Notes under the pieces: generated by a model
Told to the model about the DNA's origin: nothing
Seen by the model: the letters and a program-made list of their open reading frames with translations, nothing else
Databases searched by the model: none
Translations under genes and position numbers: made by a program
Origin: Felis catus
Taxonomy: Eukaryota
Length of the DNA stretch: 64,000 nt
Reading direction: 5' to 3'
Assembly (NCBI RefSeq): GCF_018350175.1
Contig: NC_058382.1
Location: forward strand, 59,956,001 to 60,020,000
Part shown: positions 1 through 12,509 of the stretch, in pieces
Layout of the letters: the number at the start of each line of letters is the position of its first letter
Numbering within the stretch: position 1 is the first letter of the stretch

Positions 1-2179
1 GCCACATGCCGCTAGGCAGCCAGCCTGCACAGAGGCCGCGGAGGGAGCGAGAGCTTCTGGAGCCTTCCGTGCCCTCTTGGATCCGGACAGGATTTGTTCT
101 CCAGCGGAGCTGGTAGAGACACGCTCTGTCAGCTGTCCACTCCCCCCCAGGGCTGTGTGTGTTCTTGCATTTTTTTTGACTTTAATTACATCGTCGAGCT
201 CCTACTTGCAGGATTAAATCACTCTTTGGATAAGAGTAAGATCCGGGTCTTGCCTGAACTGGACCCCGAGAGTCCAGAGGGCGGCCCTTGGCCTGCTTGG
301 CGTGCGGGCACGCAGGACTCCCGGGCCGCAGGGGGGACCCGTCTAGTGTGTGCAGCCCGCGCGCATGCAGGGGAGAGGGCCTGTCTGCTTTCACCGGGGA
401 GGGCGCCCAAGGACTTGGGCTCCAGGCCCGGGGCCCCTCCCTCCTTCCCCATGTGCAGGGGCTGGCCCGGAGGGGGCCGAGGATTTGGACTCTGGAGGCC
501 ACACAAGTTCCTGTATTCAGGGGGCTCAGAAAGGGCCTCGGCTGGAGGCAGGTGCACGCGCAGGGGGAGCTCCGGGCGGTCGCACCGCCCCCTCCCTGGG
601 GTCCTTGTGACACCCTGGGGCTCCTGAGCTCTGTCACCTGGCCCAGATGTCCCATCCCCTCCAGCTGTGCTCGGAATCCCCATTCCACTTGCCTGACCCC
701 TCTTCCTGCGGCCACCGAAACCCTGTACCGTTGGTGCAACCGGCTAATCGCACGGGCGATGGTGCGGGTTTCGCGGTCGCTGGCCTGACCCAGCCCACCC
801 CCTCACGGGCTCTCCAGACGAGCACCTGGTGAATTCGGTGAGCCTGGCAGGATTTTCTAGAAACTGGGGGGCCACGAGGGGTCTCCTGTGGCAGCCGGCA
901 CCCCACAACCTCCCCGCCGCTCCTGCAAACACTTTCTCCTGGCACGGTGGCTGAGTAGGTGCCCTGCCTCGTGGACATCTCTCTCCCCGCTCCACCCCTC
1001 CCTCTGCCCCGTCTCCCTCTCTCCCACCTTCTCTCTCTGCCCACCCCTCACAGGGAGAGCCGGACTGCTGGTGTGTGGCTGTTCCCCATGGGAGGTTTGA
1101 GAACTGTCCTTTACAGGGTCAGGACCCTATTTCATCAACAACAGAGAAAGGGCAGCTGCCCGGGGGCTGGGGCCACGGAACAGTCACAACGAGGTTTCCC
1201 ACGTGCCTCTCTGGGACAGAAGCAGGACTCCTGTGCGAGTGCAGCTGGGCTCCCGGGAGCAGACAGCGGGGTGGCCCGGTACTCGGGCGGGAGTGAGAAC
1301 TGTCGTGGGCACCTGGTCCCCGGGGGCGGGGGGGAGGGTGTCCAGCAGGGGTGTAGCGGGGTCCCCTAGGCCACTCGGCTCCGGGGTTCAGTGTGTAGGG
1401 AGCCCGCGTGTGGTTGGGCCGTGGTGGTCCCGGTGTTCTCGGTGGCAGCAACGGGGACCCGCGCCCGGTGGCTTTCGGGGCCACAGGCAGCACCCCCTCC
1501 CTCTGGTGGGCCCCCTGTCCGCGGGACGGAGCAGATGCTCTCTTCACGGAGCACCCGAACCCTCAGTCCCAGTCTTTCGTGCCCTCGTGCCCCTGACCCG
1601 GGCTCACGAGGCAGCTGCCGCGGACAGTCCTGCCTCATTCACCGAGGCACAGGCTGCGGCTGCCCCGAAACACCCTTTCCGGCCCGGCAGACCCCCGTCC
1701 CGCCGGTCCTCAAGGCCCCGTTCGAAAGCTGACGCTCCGAATGGAGTTTGCCGGAATTGAGTGAGTGCCGTCTGTGGGCCTGTGTCACCGTGGCTCTCGG
1801 CCCCGCTCCACCGGGGGCCGCCCTCCCTCCCGACCCCCAGGTACTCGTGCCTCCCCGTGGTGCTCTCCCCGCCTCGGGGTCTCCTCCATCCGGACTCCAG
1901 CGGCCCCTCCAAGAGGCCGACCTCGACTCTCGCCCAGCCTCTCTGCCTCCTGCCCGGCCTTCGCCACACATCCCGATGCAGGGCCCACGGCCCCCACGTC
2001 CGGCCTCCCGCTCTGCCGGCCCCAAGGAGGCCCTGTCGGTGAATGAATGAATGAGCGAACGAATGAGGTGGGCCAAGAGGTGTGTGGTCACCCCCGTCTG
2101 TGGGGAGAATGCCCAGGCCCGTCCCTACACCCAGAACGTGGCGCTGGAAACAGGACACAGAAAACCACCCGCAGCACTT

Positions 2180-4561
2180 AAGATTCTGATCGGTTTTCTT
2201 TAAAAAACAAACGAAAAGCCCCCAACTCCCCACCCTGAACCAGCCCAGCGCAACAGGTTAGCCATTAACGGGAAAAGAGAAAGAGACACGAAGCGACACC
2301 GTTACGCGGCAGGTGTCCCGGCCGGGCTGACGTGGCCGCGACGCCAACAGGGACACGAGACAGCGGGAACACTGTGAAGCAGCAAGGCCATCGACCCCGC
2401 AAATAAATAGACATACTGCCAACAGCACCCTGCAAATTAGCGACACGTCGGACAGGATCAAACAGCAGAACCGCTAACAAACGCTCATGGTTATGACAGG
2501 GTTTGGTTTAAAACAAACGAAGCCTGACAAATGGGGAGCGCTCGGGGGCACCTGTCGGTAGGGTGGTCGGACAGAGTCCCTGTCCCGCCTGGAAGGTCAC
2601 CACAGAGGCGCCGTGTAGTGTCTGCGGGCTTGCATGGCGCCTGGGTGGTCCCTGCCTTCTGAGGGGGTCCCTGGGCCGGTGGGGGGGGGCACAGCTCCAG
2701 GAACTGCAGCCTGGGCTCCGACCCCCCTTCACGGCAGACCTGCCGGCCAGATGCGGGGACAGTCGCATGTCAGAACTACCTGTGACCTCCCGGGGCCCCC
2801 TCCAGCACCCCTCCTCCAGTGCCGCCTGTGTGAGACAGGGTCCCCGGGCCCCCGGTCCACCCCCGCAAGGCGACACTGCCCCAGTTCCCCACACCTGCCC
2901 CCCAGCCCCCTGCGTCCCCCCAGAGCCAGCACTGTGCTCAGCCCCCAAGCAGGAGGAATGGCGGCCCGGCCCACTTCTCAGCCTCCGGACGCCTGAGGGC
3001 TCAGCTCAGCGCGCCCCCTGGGAAGGTGGTCAGCAGTCAGGGACCAAAACAGAGCCAACCGGGGCCTAAGATGGGGGTCTGGCGGGAGATGCACGACGCT
3101 GGAGGGCGGTGCTCCCTGCCCTCACACAGCGGTAACCCGGGGCCGCCAGCCAGAGTAGGACACACTGGCCGGGCCCCAGCCGCCGCCCCTGGGGAAGGCG
3201 CCTTGGGAACCACAAAGACACAAGTCTCCAGAGCAGCAGTCAGAGCAGTGAAGGGGGCCTGGCCGTGCAGGAGGGGGCCGGGGCCGGGGCCGGGGCCAGG
3301 CAGTTGGCTGGGGTGTCGTCCAGCCCGTGAGGTCGGTTCTTCAGGGCCCGGCTGGGAGGCGGCTGCCTTGAGGGACTCCCCGGCTGGGAAGCCCACGAGG
3401 GGTCACAGTGTCTGCCTTTCTCATCTGGTCGGTTCTAGAAGATTCCGAGTCTGGGGCTTTGCGTGAAAAAGCTTTAGCCCGGTTCTGATGCTGGATGCAG
3501 AGCGGGCTGGAGGCGGTGCCGCCCACGGCCCATGTCCGGCGGGCACAGAAGATGTCCGAGTCCTGCCGTGGCGCTGCCGTTGCTGAGGCTGGCGTCTAGG
3601 GCGGGACGTACGAGGTCGGAAGCCCAGTGCATCCCGGGTGACTGGGGTCTGGCCCGGAGCTGGCTCTGCACCGACATCCCGGGTAGTGCACACCGGTGGC
3701 GGCTCAGCTCCGGGATCGTCCAGCTGCCCGTGACCTCTGTCAGAGGCCCCCACCTACAGCAGGCACCGGGCTCGGGACCCGCCTTGTGTGGAGCTGGGGC
3801 CAGCGTCACTCTCGGAAGGCCGCTGTTCTAGTGACTTTCTCTTCTCTCTTCTGGGGACGGGAGAGGAATCTACCCTTGGGTCTTTAAGGCAAAGAGACCT
3901 AAGTCCCGAGATTAGTGTTCGCTAAGTCACTACGTCTACGACAACAACAAGCGACGACAAAAAAAGCCAAGCGTGTGGTCTGGGCCGCCGTCTGTCAGTG
4001 CAGCTCTGAGGTCCACGCGGCGAGGCCGGAGTGTTGGGCGCTCTGTTCGTGGGACTGGAGTGTCTGGTGCTCAGAATCCCTCCCTTCCCGGGAGCCTGCA
4101 CCGAGACCAGGCCGAGGGTCGCGCGCCGCAAACGACCTGGTCCCTCTGAGGCAATCGTGCCTTGGGGGGCGTGAGGGGAAACTCTCCCCGCTCCCCCTCA
4201 GTTCTTTAGAAACTAAGCATCGTGGTGTTGTCAACTTGACCTAAAACTTAAGTTAAAAAAATAATACAAATAAACCAAGGTGGGAAGGAGACGGGCCCAA
4301 CGTGGCCAACGGTCCGCGGGGCGCCAGGGGCCCGGCCTCTCCTCGGTCCACCGCTCACGGAGGTAAGGGTGGAAGTTCACTTTCTGGGACTAGATTCGTA
4401 CCAGTTTTTACTGTGGCCCCGGCCCCCTGACCCGGCGGAGGGACGGTGTGGGGCGCTCAGCTGAGCTGCCTGGATGACAGGACTAGAGTCGCTTTTCGAG
4501 GTGAGTTGTTTTATCACAATCTTTGTGCGTTTCTTTCCGGCAGCTTCTCGGCCCTTCTCGC
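2180..4561 (-). other. SLC7A5: SLC7A5 3' UTR (~2.4 kb)
   Basis: Follows the stop codon. U-rich blocks at ~4180-4275, ~3890-3970 and ~2190-2530. End inferred from TTTAAAGAAA followed by a GU-rich tract. Confidence 0.65.
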
Positions 4562-4617
4562 TTACGTCTCCTGGGGCACCACTTGCATGAGCTTCTGGCA
4601 AAGGACCGTCATGGAAA
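4562..4617 (-). CDS. SLC7A5: LAT1 exon 10 coding part (SMTVLCQKLMQVVPQET*)
   Basis: Acceptor cccccaccag; TAA stop at 4564-4562; 56 nt. Confidence 0.97.
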
Positions 4618-5703
4618 CTGGTGGGGGGAGGGGATAGAGGAATTAGGCTGGGGGGGCACCTGCGTGATGTGCGCCGCGGCTCCCCCTGCCCCTCCGTGGC
4701 CACGCCGTCCAAAACCGCAAGAGTGGCCACCTTCCTACGTGAACTTTCCCGATGTGCGGCCTCCCTGCCGCTGGGTGCCAGCCTGCACACCCGGCTGGGG
4801 TGGCCAAGGAACCTGGCAACAGGCAGGGGCCGGCCCCACCCCTCACCTCGCTTTCAGAGCCCAGGGTTATGAGGAACCACAATGGGGCGCAGGGCCCGCT
4901 GCTGGAGGGCTGGGGCATGCCCTCCTCCTCCGGGGCTCGCCTGTGGTCCCGCAGAGGGGCTGGAGCCCGATGGACACCTGCCACCACAGATTCTGGGAAC
5001 ACTCATCCTGGGTGTTGACATCAGGGCGGAGGGGTTCCTGCTCTGGGCCCATGGGGCGGTGAAAGATGACCGACCGGGAGCCGGTGGTCTAGGCTGGAAG
5101 CAAAGCTTCACCAACGCGACGGCGGGCGGGCGCCGATGAGAGCTCACAAGGGCCCACGGGCACGTGGTGATGGTGGCACAGGCCTGCAGACCGCCTGACT
5201 CCTCCAGGGACCCGCCACAGTACAGGCTGTTTCAGTACAGGGTCCCGAAGCTGGCCTGTCAATCGCACCCAGGACGGCGGTGCAGGGACCCTGCGTTCTC
5301 CTCCGCTGCCTTTCTGGGTCAGCCAGCTGCGTTCAAGCCGGCGACAGACGGAGGGATTTCATCGCTCGTCAAAGGCAGCCTGGTTTTCTGGAATCCCTTG
5401 TTCTGAGATTAGCTGCTGCCGAGCTGAGCGTCTTAGCCCCGGACCACGTGGGCTGAACGTCACTGTCACTGCCACCCACGTCCCAGGGCCCGAACCCTGC
5501 TGTTTCCATGGGCCCCCCGCCAGGGATGCATCTCTCCTACGCTGGCCGACCCCGGGACCTGGGGACATCACGCGCCCCACTGTTCCTGGCCAGTGGGGTT
5601 AGGTCAGAGCACCAAATGGTCCTACTCTGGGGCGGGGGGGAGGGGGCGGCGGGCCCCCGGGTGGGGACGAGGGGTGCCCCGGCTGCGGCCCAACGGCACT
5701 CAC

Positions 5704-5881
5704 AGATGCCACGGAGAAGCCACTTGGGCTTGTTTTTCCACCAGACCCCGAAGTAGTAGACGGGCAGGCCGCTGAGGATGATGGTGAAGCCGATGCCACA
5801 CTCCACGGGGGTCTTCCAGAAGGACACGGCGATCAGGAACAGGCAGGCCAGGATGAAGAACACTGGGAGGGCCAGGTTCAC
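5704..5881 (-). CDS. SLC7A5: LAT1 exon 9 (VNLALPVFFILACLFLIAVSFWKTP...WLLRGI)
   Basis: Acceptor cctgtccccag; donor CT|GTGAGT; 178 nt. Confidence 0.98.
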
Positions 5882-6740
5882 CTGGGGACAGGGACGGGGA
5901 GGGAGCTGACGCCAGGCACTCCCTTCCCACACCTCCCACTGCCCGCTGCGTCACGAGTCCCGTCCACCCGGGGAAAGCACCGTGTCCCCCGAGCCCCTGC
6001 TGGAGGCATCTCTCCCTTGGGACCCCCAGGGCACACGCTGCACCCCAGCCCCCGCCCCAGCTGAGAAGGGCTCCGACCTCTGGGGCCGCTCCAGCTTCTG
6101 CCCGGCCGCGGCCTGCACTGGTTTTCGGAGCCGGCCTCGTGCGAGGTGGGGGCTCCTGACCGTGGGGACCTCGCCTCGGTCCCCCTCCCCGATCCCGACC
6201 CTCCGCACGCGGCGCCGGGCGATGACTGCTCTAAGCACAGGGGGCGCTGACAGGCGACAACCAGCTTGGTCCCTGGAGGCTTCCCGAGGTCAGGGAAGGT
6301 CGGCCTCACCAGTTCCCACGTCGCAGGGTGGAGACCCTGGCCCGGCACCCCTCCCGCCGTCACCCCGAGCGGGGGCCCGGCGCTTCTGGGAAGACCGCGG
6401 CTACCCGCTAATAACACGGCAGCACCTGCCTTCTCAGAGGGCCCTTTGTGGACAGGCTGAGCCGCGGTTTGCACAGCAGGGGGCAGACAGCCCACCCGCA
6501 GAGCTCAAGGCAAAGGAGCCACAGACCCGCCCACAGACCCCACAGACCGGGGCGGGGGTGGGGGTGGGGCGCCTGTCCCAATTCTGCCTCTGATTCTGCC
6601 TCCCCGATTCTGCCTCCCCCGTGCCCTCTGCTAGGCAAGCTCATCCTCACACCGCAGGAGACCCCGGGGGGAACAATGATGAACAGGGGTCTCACTAGGT
6701 CAGCCCACTGCAGGTACCACCTGGCTCCATGGGCAGAGCT

Positions 6741-6880
6741 CACCACGGGCCCCAGATAACAGGGTGACAGTGGCCACCACGGGCCCCAGGTAACACGAGG
6801 ACAGTGGCCACCGCGGGCCCCTGCTGACCTGGGCACAGAGCCCACCATGGGCCCTGCCTAACTCGAGGACAGCGGCCACC
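6741..6880. repeat. Degenerate 34-bp tandem repeat x4, SLC7A5 intron 8
   Basis: caccaygggccc...gacagyggc-like units at 6741, 6775, 6809, 6843. Confidence 0.8.
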
Positions 6881-7826
6881 CCTTGTCCCGGCTGACAAAG
6901 AATCAGAGCCCACCACACGCAAGGGCCAAGATGGCCCAGGTTCCCGGGTCCCCCCACCGGAAGAACCCTTCCTGGACCCCGCTGGCCTCTGCAGGACCGC
7001 TGGGCGGGGAGCCAGGGAGGAGGCTCACGGACAGGTGCCGACTGCCAGGCAGGCCCACACGCCACCACAAAGAGGACGAGGGACGGGAGCTGCCACCAGC
7101 TGGCCACGATGTGAGTGTCGGGGCTCAGCAGGGGCCCAGCCTTCTGGTCCCCCTTTTAGGAGAAACCAGGTCACCCCTGGGAAGGTGACAAGGTGGCAGA
7201 ACGCCCACCTCAGGCCGGGCCGGCACCCGGCTTTCCCCCGGGCAGGGCGAGGCCGGGGCAGGCGCCGTGGACGGGCAGACCTCGGGGGGCCCCAGTTCCG
7301 CCTCCACCCCGCCTGGCCTCCCCCTCCCCTTCCCGCCCTGGTGCCTGCCCCTCCCCAGACATGCTGTTCCACGTGGCCCCAGGCCAGTCAGGGCCACCCC
7401 CCCACCTGGCACTCAGGTTCTTGTGTGCTGCTTCTCCCATGTTAACAGAAGCTCGAGGGGGCCAGAGACTCAGGGGGTCAGTTTTATCCTTTGATGAACC
7501 CCCAGCACCTGCAATCACGTGTCAGCACTTAAGAGATTCCCAAGGAACAGTCACTCTCGGTCTAGTGGACAAGCACGTCCACGTTTACCTTGCTCGATCC
7601 TTACCAGAACGCTCCGGACAAGGGGCCCCGACCCCCGGCTTGCCGAGGGAAGACAGAGACTCAGCGAGGGACAGCGGCCGGCCCGGCCACAAGCCACAGG
7701 CACAGAACCACCTGGTTCCCAGCCCAGGGCTCTGACGGACACTCAGACCTTGTTTCTCGGGCGCGTGACTGCCAACCCCCCGACCGGCCCCGGGCCGTGC
7801 CGACGCCCCAGCGGCCAGGCCCTCAC

Positions 7827-7976
7827 CTTGATGGGCCGCTCCAGCTCGGGCTTCTTGTAGCGAAGCCACAGCATGCCGATGATGGCCAGGGCCACGCAGA
7901 GCCAGTTGAAGAAGCTGAAGAAGTTGATGACGGAGAAAATGTCTCTAGAGAAGGCGTACAGGAGGGTCATGATGCA
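7827..7976 (-). CDS. SLC7A5: LAT1 exon 8 ([25 protein letters not shown]...ERPIK)
   Basis: Acceptor tctctgcttcag; donor AG|GTGAGG; 150 nt. Confidence 0.98.
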
Positions 7977-8298
7977 CTGAAGCAGAGAAACGGGGACGCG
8001 GTGAGCAGGACAGCCGGAACGACACGGGGAAACCACACCTGCTCGCTCTGGCTCCGAAGGGAGGGCCCGGTCTGGACAACACGCGAGTTCTCCGAGAGCA
8101 GAGGCAGGAGCAAATGGGAAAACTGACGGCGCCTGGATTGTACGGAAGAGACAGACGCGCCACGGGGAGCAGAAGGGGACGCCCAACCCCGCCCTCGCCG
8201 CGGCGTCACTGGCAACAAACGTGGCGCACCCCGGCCGTGACCACCACGTGGCGGTTTCAATACTGAGACTGAACCCTGCCGTGTTTTAAAACACGTCC

Positions 8299-8530
8299 GG
8301 GGGCGCCGGGGTGGCTCGGTCGGTGAAACGTCCGACTTCAGCTCAGGTCACGATCTCGCGGTTCGTGGGTTCCAGCCCCGGGTCGGGCTCTGTGCTGACA
8401 GCTCGGAGCCGGGAGCCTGCTTCAGATTCTGTGTCTCCCTCTCTCTCTGCCCCTGCCCTGCTCACGCTCTGTCTCTCCCTCTCAAAAATGAATGTTAATA
8501 AAAATGATAAGATACAATAAATAAAAAACC
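8299..8530 (+). mobile_element. Can-SINE (feliform type), full length, SLC7A5 intron 7
   Basis: tRNA-derived head, (CT)n tract, A-rich tail. TSD aaaacacgtcc (8288-8298) / aaaacacatcc (8531-8541) at a TTTT/AAAA L1-endonuclease site. Confidence 0.95.
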
Positions 8531-9273
8531 AAAACACATCCAACAATCGCTTGATCCTTCTCTCTCCGAGAGGTGGACCTAAACCCTCCGTCCGCTGGGC
8601 CTACGGGCTCGCACTCCTAGCACAGAAAGGCACAGCAATGACGGGGTGTGACTTCGGAGCCCAGGTCACAGAAAACGTGGCGCGTGCTCCTGCCAGTGGC
8701 TGTGTGGGGAGCCACCTGGGAAGAGGCGCCTCCAGCCGCACGCGAGCCGTTCCCCTATGGCCGGGGGGGGGGGGGGTCAGTCCCGTAGCGGCCGAGAACT
8801 AACCGCCCCGCGCGCACCCGCACAGGCAGACGTCGGACGAGCTGAAGAAAAACGCACAACGTGATCTCGTCAAGCAAGCAAACGCTGTGCGTGCACGGCG
8901 CCCACACAGCTCAGGGAGCTGCCTGTCACCAGCGGTCTCCTGGGAGAGTCTTCTCCTCACCCGCTTCCAGGCTGTTCCGAGGTTTTCTGTTTTACAGCCA
9001 CTACGCGTAGTATTGGGAATGAAAGAATCGGGTGCCCTTTGGCATTCGGTGAAAGCGGAACGTGAGGAAACACTGGCGTCAGGGGGCTCTGTCTCAGCGT
9101 CCACCTCCCGTCTGCAGCCAGCGGACGCCAGGCGAAGCCGCGACAGGCTTCACGCAGAGGGAACGCGTGGCCTCCCGCCAGGGAGCCCCCCAAGGCGGGC
9201 CCCGAGGGACGCGCCAGTCTCCCATTTCAACTGGGGCCGGAAGACAGGACTCTGGACGGCACAGCCTGCCTAC

Positions 9274-9370
9274 CGTAAACACGAGGGAGGGCATGGGCGT
9301 CAGGAGCCGTGGGTGGATCATGGAGAGGACGGAAGGCAGATGGCCCTCCCTGGACCCCACGAAGAACAGC
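9274..9370 (-). CDS. SLC7A5: LAT1 exon 7 ([32 protein letters not shown])
   Basis: Acceptor ctgtccgcag; donor CG|GTAGG; 97 nt. Confidence 0.98.
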
Positions 9371-9793
9371 CTGCGGACAGAGGAGCGAGCGTTCAGCCTC
9401 CGCCCCGTGGGCCCCCAGGCGGGGCGGGGAGCGGAGAGGGCCGGGCCCAAGGGCTGGGCTTCGCAGGGGCCCTGATGGGCTCAGCTGGCAAAGGGGCAAA
9501 TTCAGCCTTCCTCGCCTCCGTCCCCCCCTCCGGGCCGTGTCTGAAGCGAACCCATGAAAGATTCCAGAAGGACACAGTCGTGTCACCTGTGGGCAGGGGA
9601 CCAGGGGGGCAGGGTAGAGGCCACGGGTCCCGTAGCTCTGCATTACTGGGACGTTTTGACGGCTACGTATTCCTCAGTGAGGAAGCAGACTTTCGAACAC
9701 GCACTGGACAGTGGCGTGCAGGGACGGCCCCCCACTCCGCCCCGGCCCCCACAGAGCCCGGGTGACAGGAGGCTGGTCCTGGTGTGGGCTCAC

Positions 9794-9897
9794 CTGGAAG
9801 ACGTGAAGAGGGACCCATTGACAGAGCCGAAGCAGGACAGGCCCACGAAGACGGGGATGATCCAGGACATGACGCCCAGGTGATAGGTCCCGAAGTC
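9794..9897 (-). CDS. SLC7A5: LAT1 exon 6 ([34 protein letters not shown])
   Basis: Acceptor tgtttgcctag; donor AG|GTGAGC; 104 nt. Confidence 0.98.
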
Positions 9898-10380
9898 CTA
9901 GGCAAACACGGAGCGTGAGCCCCCAGGCCCCACGGCGCCTCCCGGCCCGGCCCCCTCCTGGTGACGGCTTCCTACGTGCTCGTCAGGAGGGTTCTGTACA
10001 CGGAGCGAGCCCCTGGGGACTGGACTGCGGGGGGGCGGTCCCAGGGACAGGGCCTCGTCTGGCACGGTGCCCCGGGCCTCACTCCCCGTCCACACCTGCG
10101 GGCACTTCCCTCGGGCACCTCTCACGGGCACCCACATTCCCCCGTCAGCACAAGTGCTACCTCTCGCCGGCCCCGCACACCGGGCCCAGAGCGGGGCTTG
10201 GGGTTCGTTCAGAAGGCGGAAGGGGTGGGCGCTGCAGGTGGGGAGACCACCGGCTCTGGGGACCCCCGCGTGGTCTGGGGGTTGGCAAGGCGCTCAGTCG
10301 GCCGCCTCTGTGGGACCTGGAGATGCCACGCCCCTCCTCCGAACCCAGCGTCCACGATGCCCAGCAGGGGCAGCTCAGGA

Positions 10381-10532
10381 CGCGACTTCGGCTCAGGTCA
10401 TGATCTCACGGTTCGTGAGTTTAAGCCGAGTCGGGCTCTGTGCGCACAGTGCGGAACCTGCTTGGGATTCTCGCTCCGTCCTCTCTCTGCCCCTTCCCTG
10501 CTCATGTGTTTTCTCTCAAAACTAAAGAAACC
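10381..10532 (+). mobile_element. Can-SINE, 5' truncated
   Basis: gacttcggctcaggtcatgatctcacggttcgtgagtt...cctgcttgggattctc...ctctctctgcccc. Confidence 0.85.
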
Positions 10533-10817
10533 TAAGACAACCCAATCACTCTGGCTGGGACCACCACAGACGTGCTGACCGAGCGCTGGCCTGGGGGAGG
10601 CTGGGCACCAGCACTTTCAAACATCCCGTGCGTGTCACGTGAGCCAGGGTTAAGAGCCGGCTCCTTACTCTTTCCCGGGACTAAGCAAGGCACAGCTTGA
10701 CCCTCCGGGTAGCGTGTGGTTCGAGGACGAGGGGCCCGGTCTGCTCAGCATCGGGGGCTCAGAGATGGCAGGGTGGGCCTCTCGGTGACCCGGCCAGGCT
10801 GGAGGGTGGCGTCTTAC

Positions 10818-10941
10818 CACGGCCACAGCCTCTGACGTCAGCATCTGCTCCGTGGACAATGTGGTGAAGTAGGCCAGGTTCGTCAGCACATACACCAGGG
10901 TGACGATGGGGAGGGAGATGATGATAGCCAGGGGCAGGTTT
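10818..10941 (-). CDS. SLC7A5: LAT1 exon 5 ([25 protein letters not shown]...EAVAV)
   Basis: Acceptor tctttccag; donor TG|GTAAGA; 124 nt. Confidence 0.98.
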
Positions 10942-11401
10942 CTGGAAAGACGGGGAGGGGCACGTCAGCTAAGCGCAGCCCGGCGTGGAGCCAGACCGGA
11001 TGGCGAGGAGCCGGGTCCTGAGCCTCGCGGCGTGGGGAAGGGCCCGGCGGGACGTGTCACCAGCACGGGTTAGCGGCTGGAAGCTGGCCCCTGGGGACGG
11101 GCACAGCTGTGTGAACCGGGGTTGGAGACTCAACCCCCCATCCCTGAGCCCAGGTCCGTGAAGCAGGAATTCCTGCCCGTCCTGAGGGGGGACCTCGTCT
11201 GAGGTCACCTGGCCACCACGTGGCCGGTGTGAGGCTGGAAACCAGCACCCACCTCCCCAGCACGAGTCCTAACCCCAAAACCTCCCACCCCCACCCCCTG
11301 CAAGGCCCCACACTGCTCCCCGCCGCAGGTGGGCCCGTGGGTGGCTGGGAGGCAGAACCTTCTCTCATGAAAATGACAGAAGTCCCTGTTCACACTCGTA
11401 C

Positions 11402-11446
11402 CTGTAGGGATTGATCATCTCCTCCGTGACGAAATTCAAGTAATTC
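11402..11446 (-). CDS. SLC7A5: LAT1 exon 4 (NYLNFVTEEMINPY)
   Basis: Acceptor tctcgattctag; donor AG|GTACGA; 45 nt. Confidence 0.97.
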
Positions 11447-12403
11447 CTAGAATCGAGAGAGCAGAATTTAATTACGCTTCCCTCCCACAATCATTAGGGG
11501 AATACAGATCCCATGGGACCCCCTCCTGGCTGCTCTGGGCCCTTGGGGACGAGATCCCTGCACCCACCACCCGCCCCCCCACCATCACTTGGTGAGCAGC
11601 TGGGGACACAGGGGTGCCTACTGGCACGGTGACACCCTGTCCTGAGGGAAATCAGCCGCCCCCCCAACAGCCTGTCCTTGACCCGCTGCGTCCCCCACCC
11701 CAGGCGCCAGCACCGTGTCTGAGGCGGGCGCACGGTCCAGCCTGAACGGCGGCGTCTTGGGCACCTCCACCCGCACAGGCCCGCTTTGTGTGCGGATATT
11801 AACGTCCACGCTGAGCACTCAAGGTCAGGCTCATAGGCCACGTGGATGGAAAGAGACTCAAAGGCGGCCCGCACAGGTTCAGTGCCCGTGCTAAATGGCA
11901 CCACTCCACTAAGCGTGTCCCGAGGCACCCCTGTCCGCTGCCTGACCCTCTCCAGCGCCTTCCTCACCTGCCTGCCCGCCAGCCTGCCGCACAGCAGCCA
12001 CTCTCACGGCTCAGTACAGCCTGGCCCAGGGGCAGGGGCCACAGCGGAGGATCCAGAGGGACGGAAGGCGCCGGCAAGGGCCACAGACAGGGTCCCCGCT
12101 CCTGGTGGGGAGAGGCCGAGAACCACCCGGCTCAGGGCCTTCAGCCTAAATGCTTTATGCCCGTCAGCAGAGATCTGGCTCCAGGAGCATCTTCTCAGGG
12201 GCCGAGGCGTGCTGCGGACAGCGCCCGGGGCTGCTCTGGAACCCTCTCTGTGCTCTTCTGGGATGCAAGGGGCCAGCGGCGGCCCCGAGAGGCTTTCCTG
12301 CCACTCTCCAGAACCACCGCGGAGGGCCAGACTTCTGGACGCTTCGGGGCCCACCCAGCCTGCGTGTCCCAAGGCCCAGAGACCCCGACATTCCGGAACC
12401 TAC

Positions 12404-12509
12404 CATCCCCCGTAGGCAAAGAGGCCACTGTACAACGCCAGCACAATGTTTCCCACGTCCAGTTTGGTGCCCTCAAACGAGGACTTGGGATCCAGATTGG
12501 ACACACCAC
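12404..12509 (-). CDS. SLC7A5: LAT1 exon 3 (GVSNLDPKSSFEGTKLDVGNIVLALYSGLFAYGG)
   Basis: Acceptor ccttttccag; donor G|GTAGG; 106 nt. Translated by hand, as this frame is not in the ORF track. Confidence 0.97.

Noticed and set aside
8299..8380. tRNA-like A/B boxes
   Set aside because: These are Can-SINE heads, not tRNA genes.
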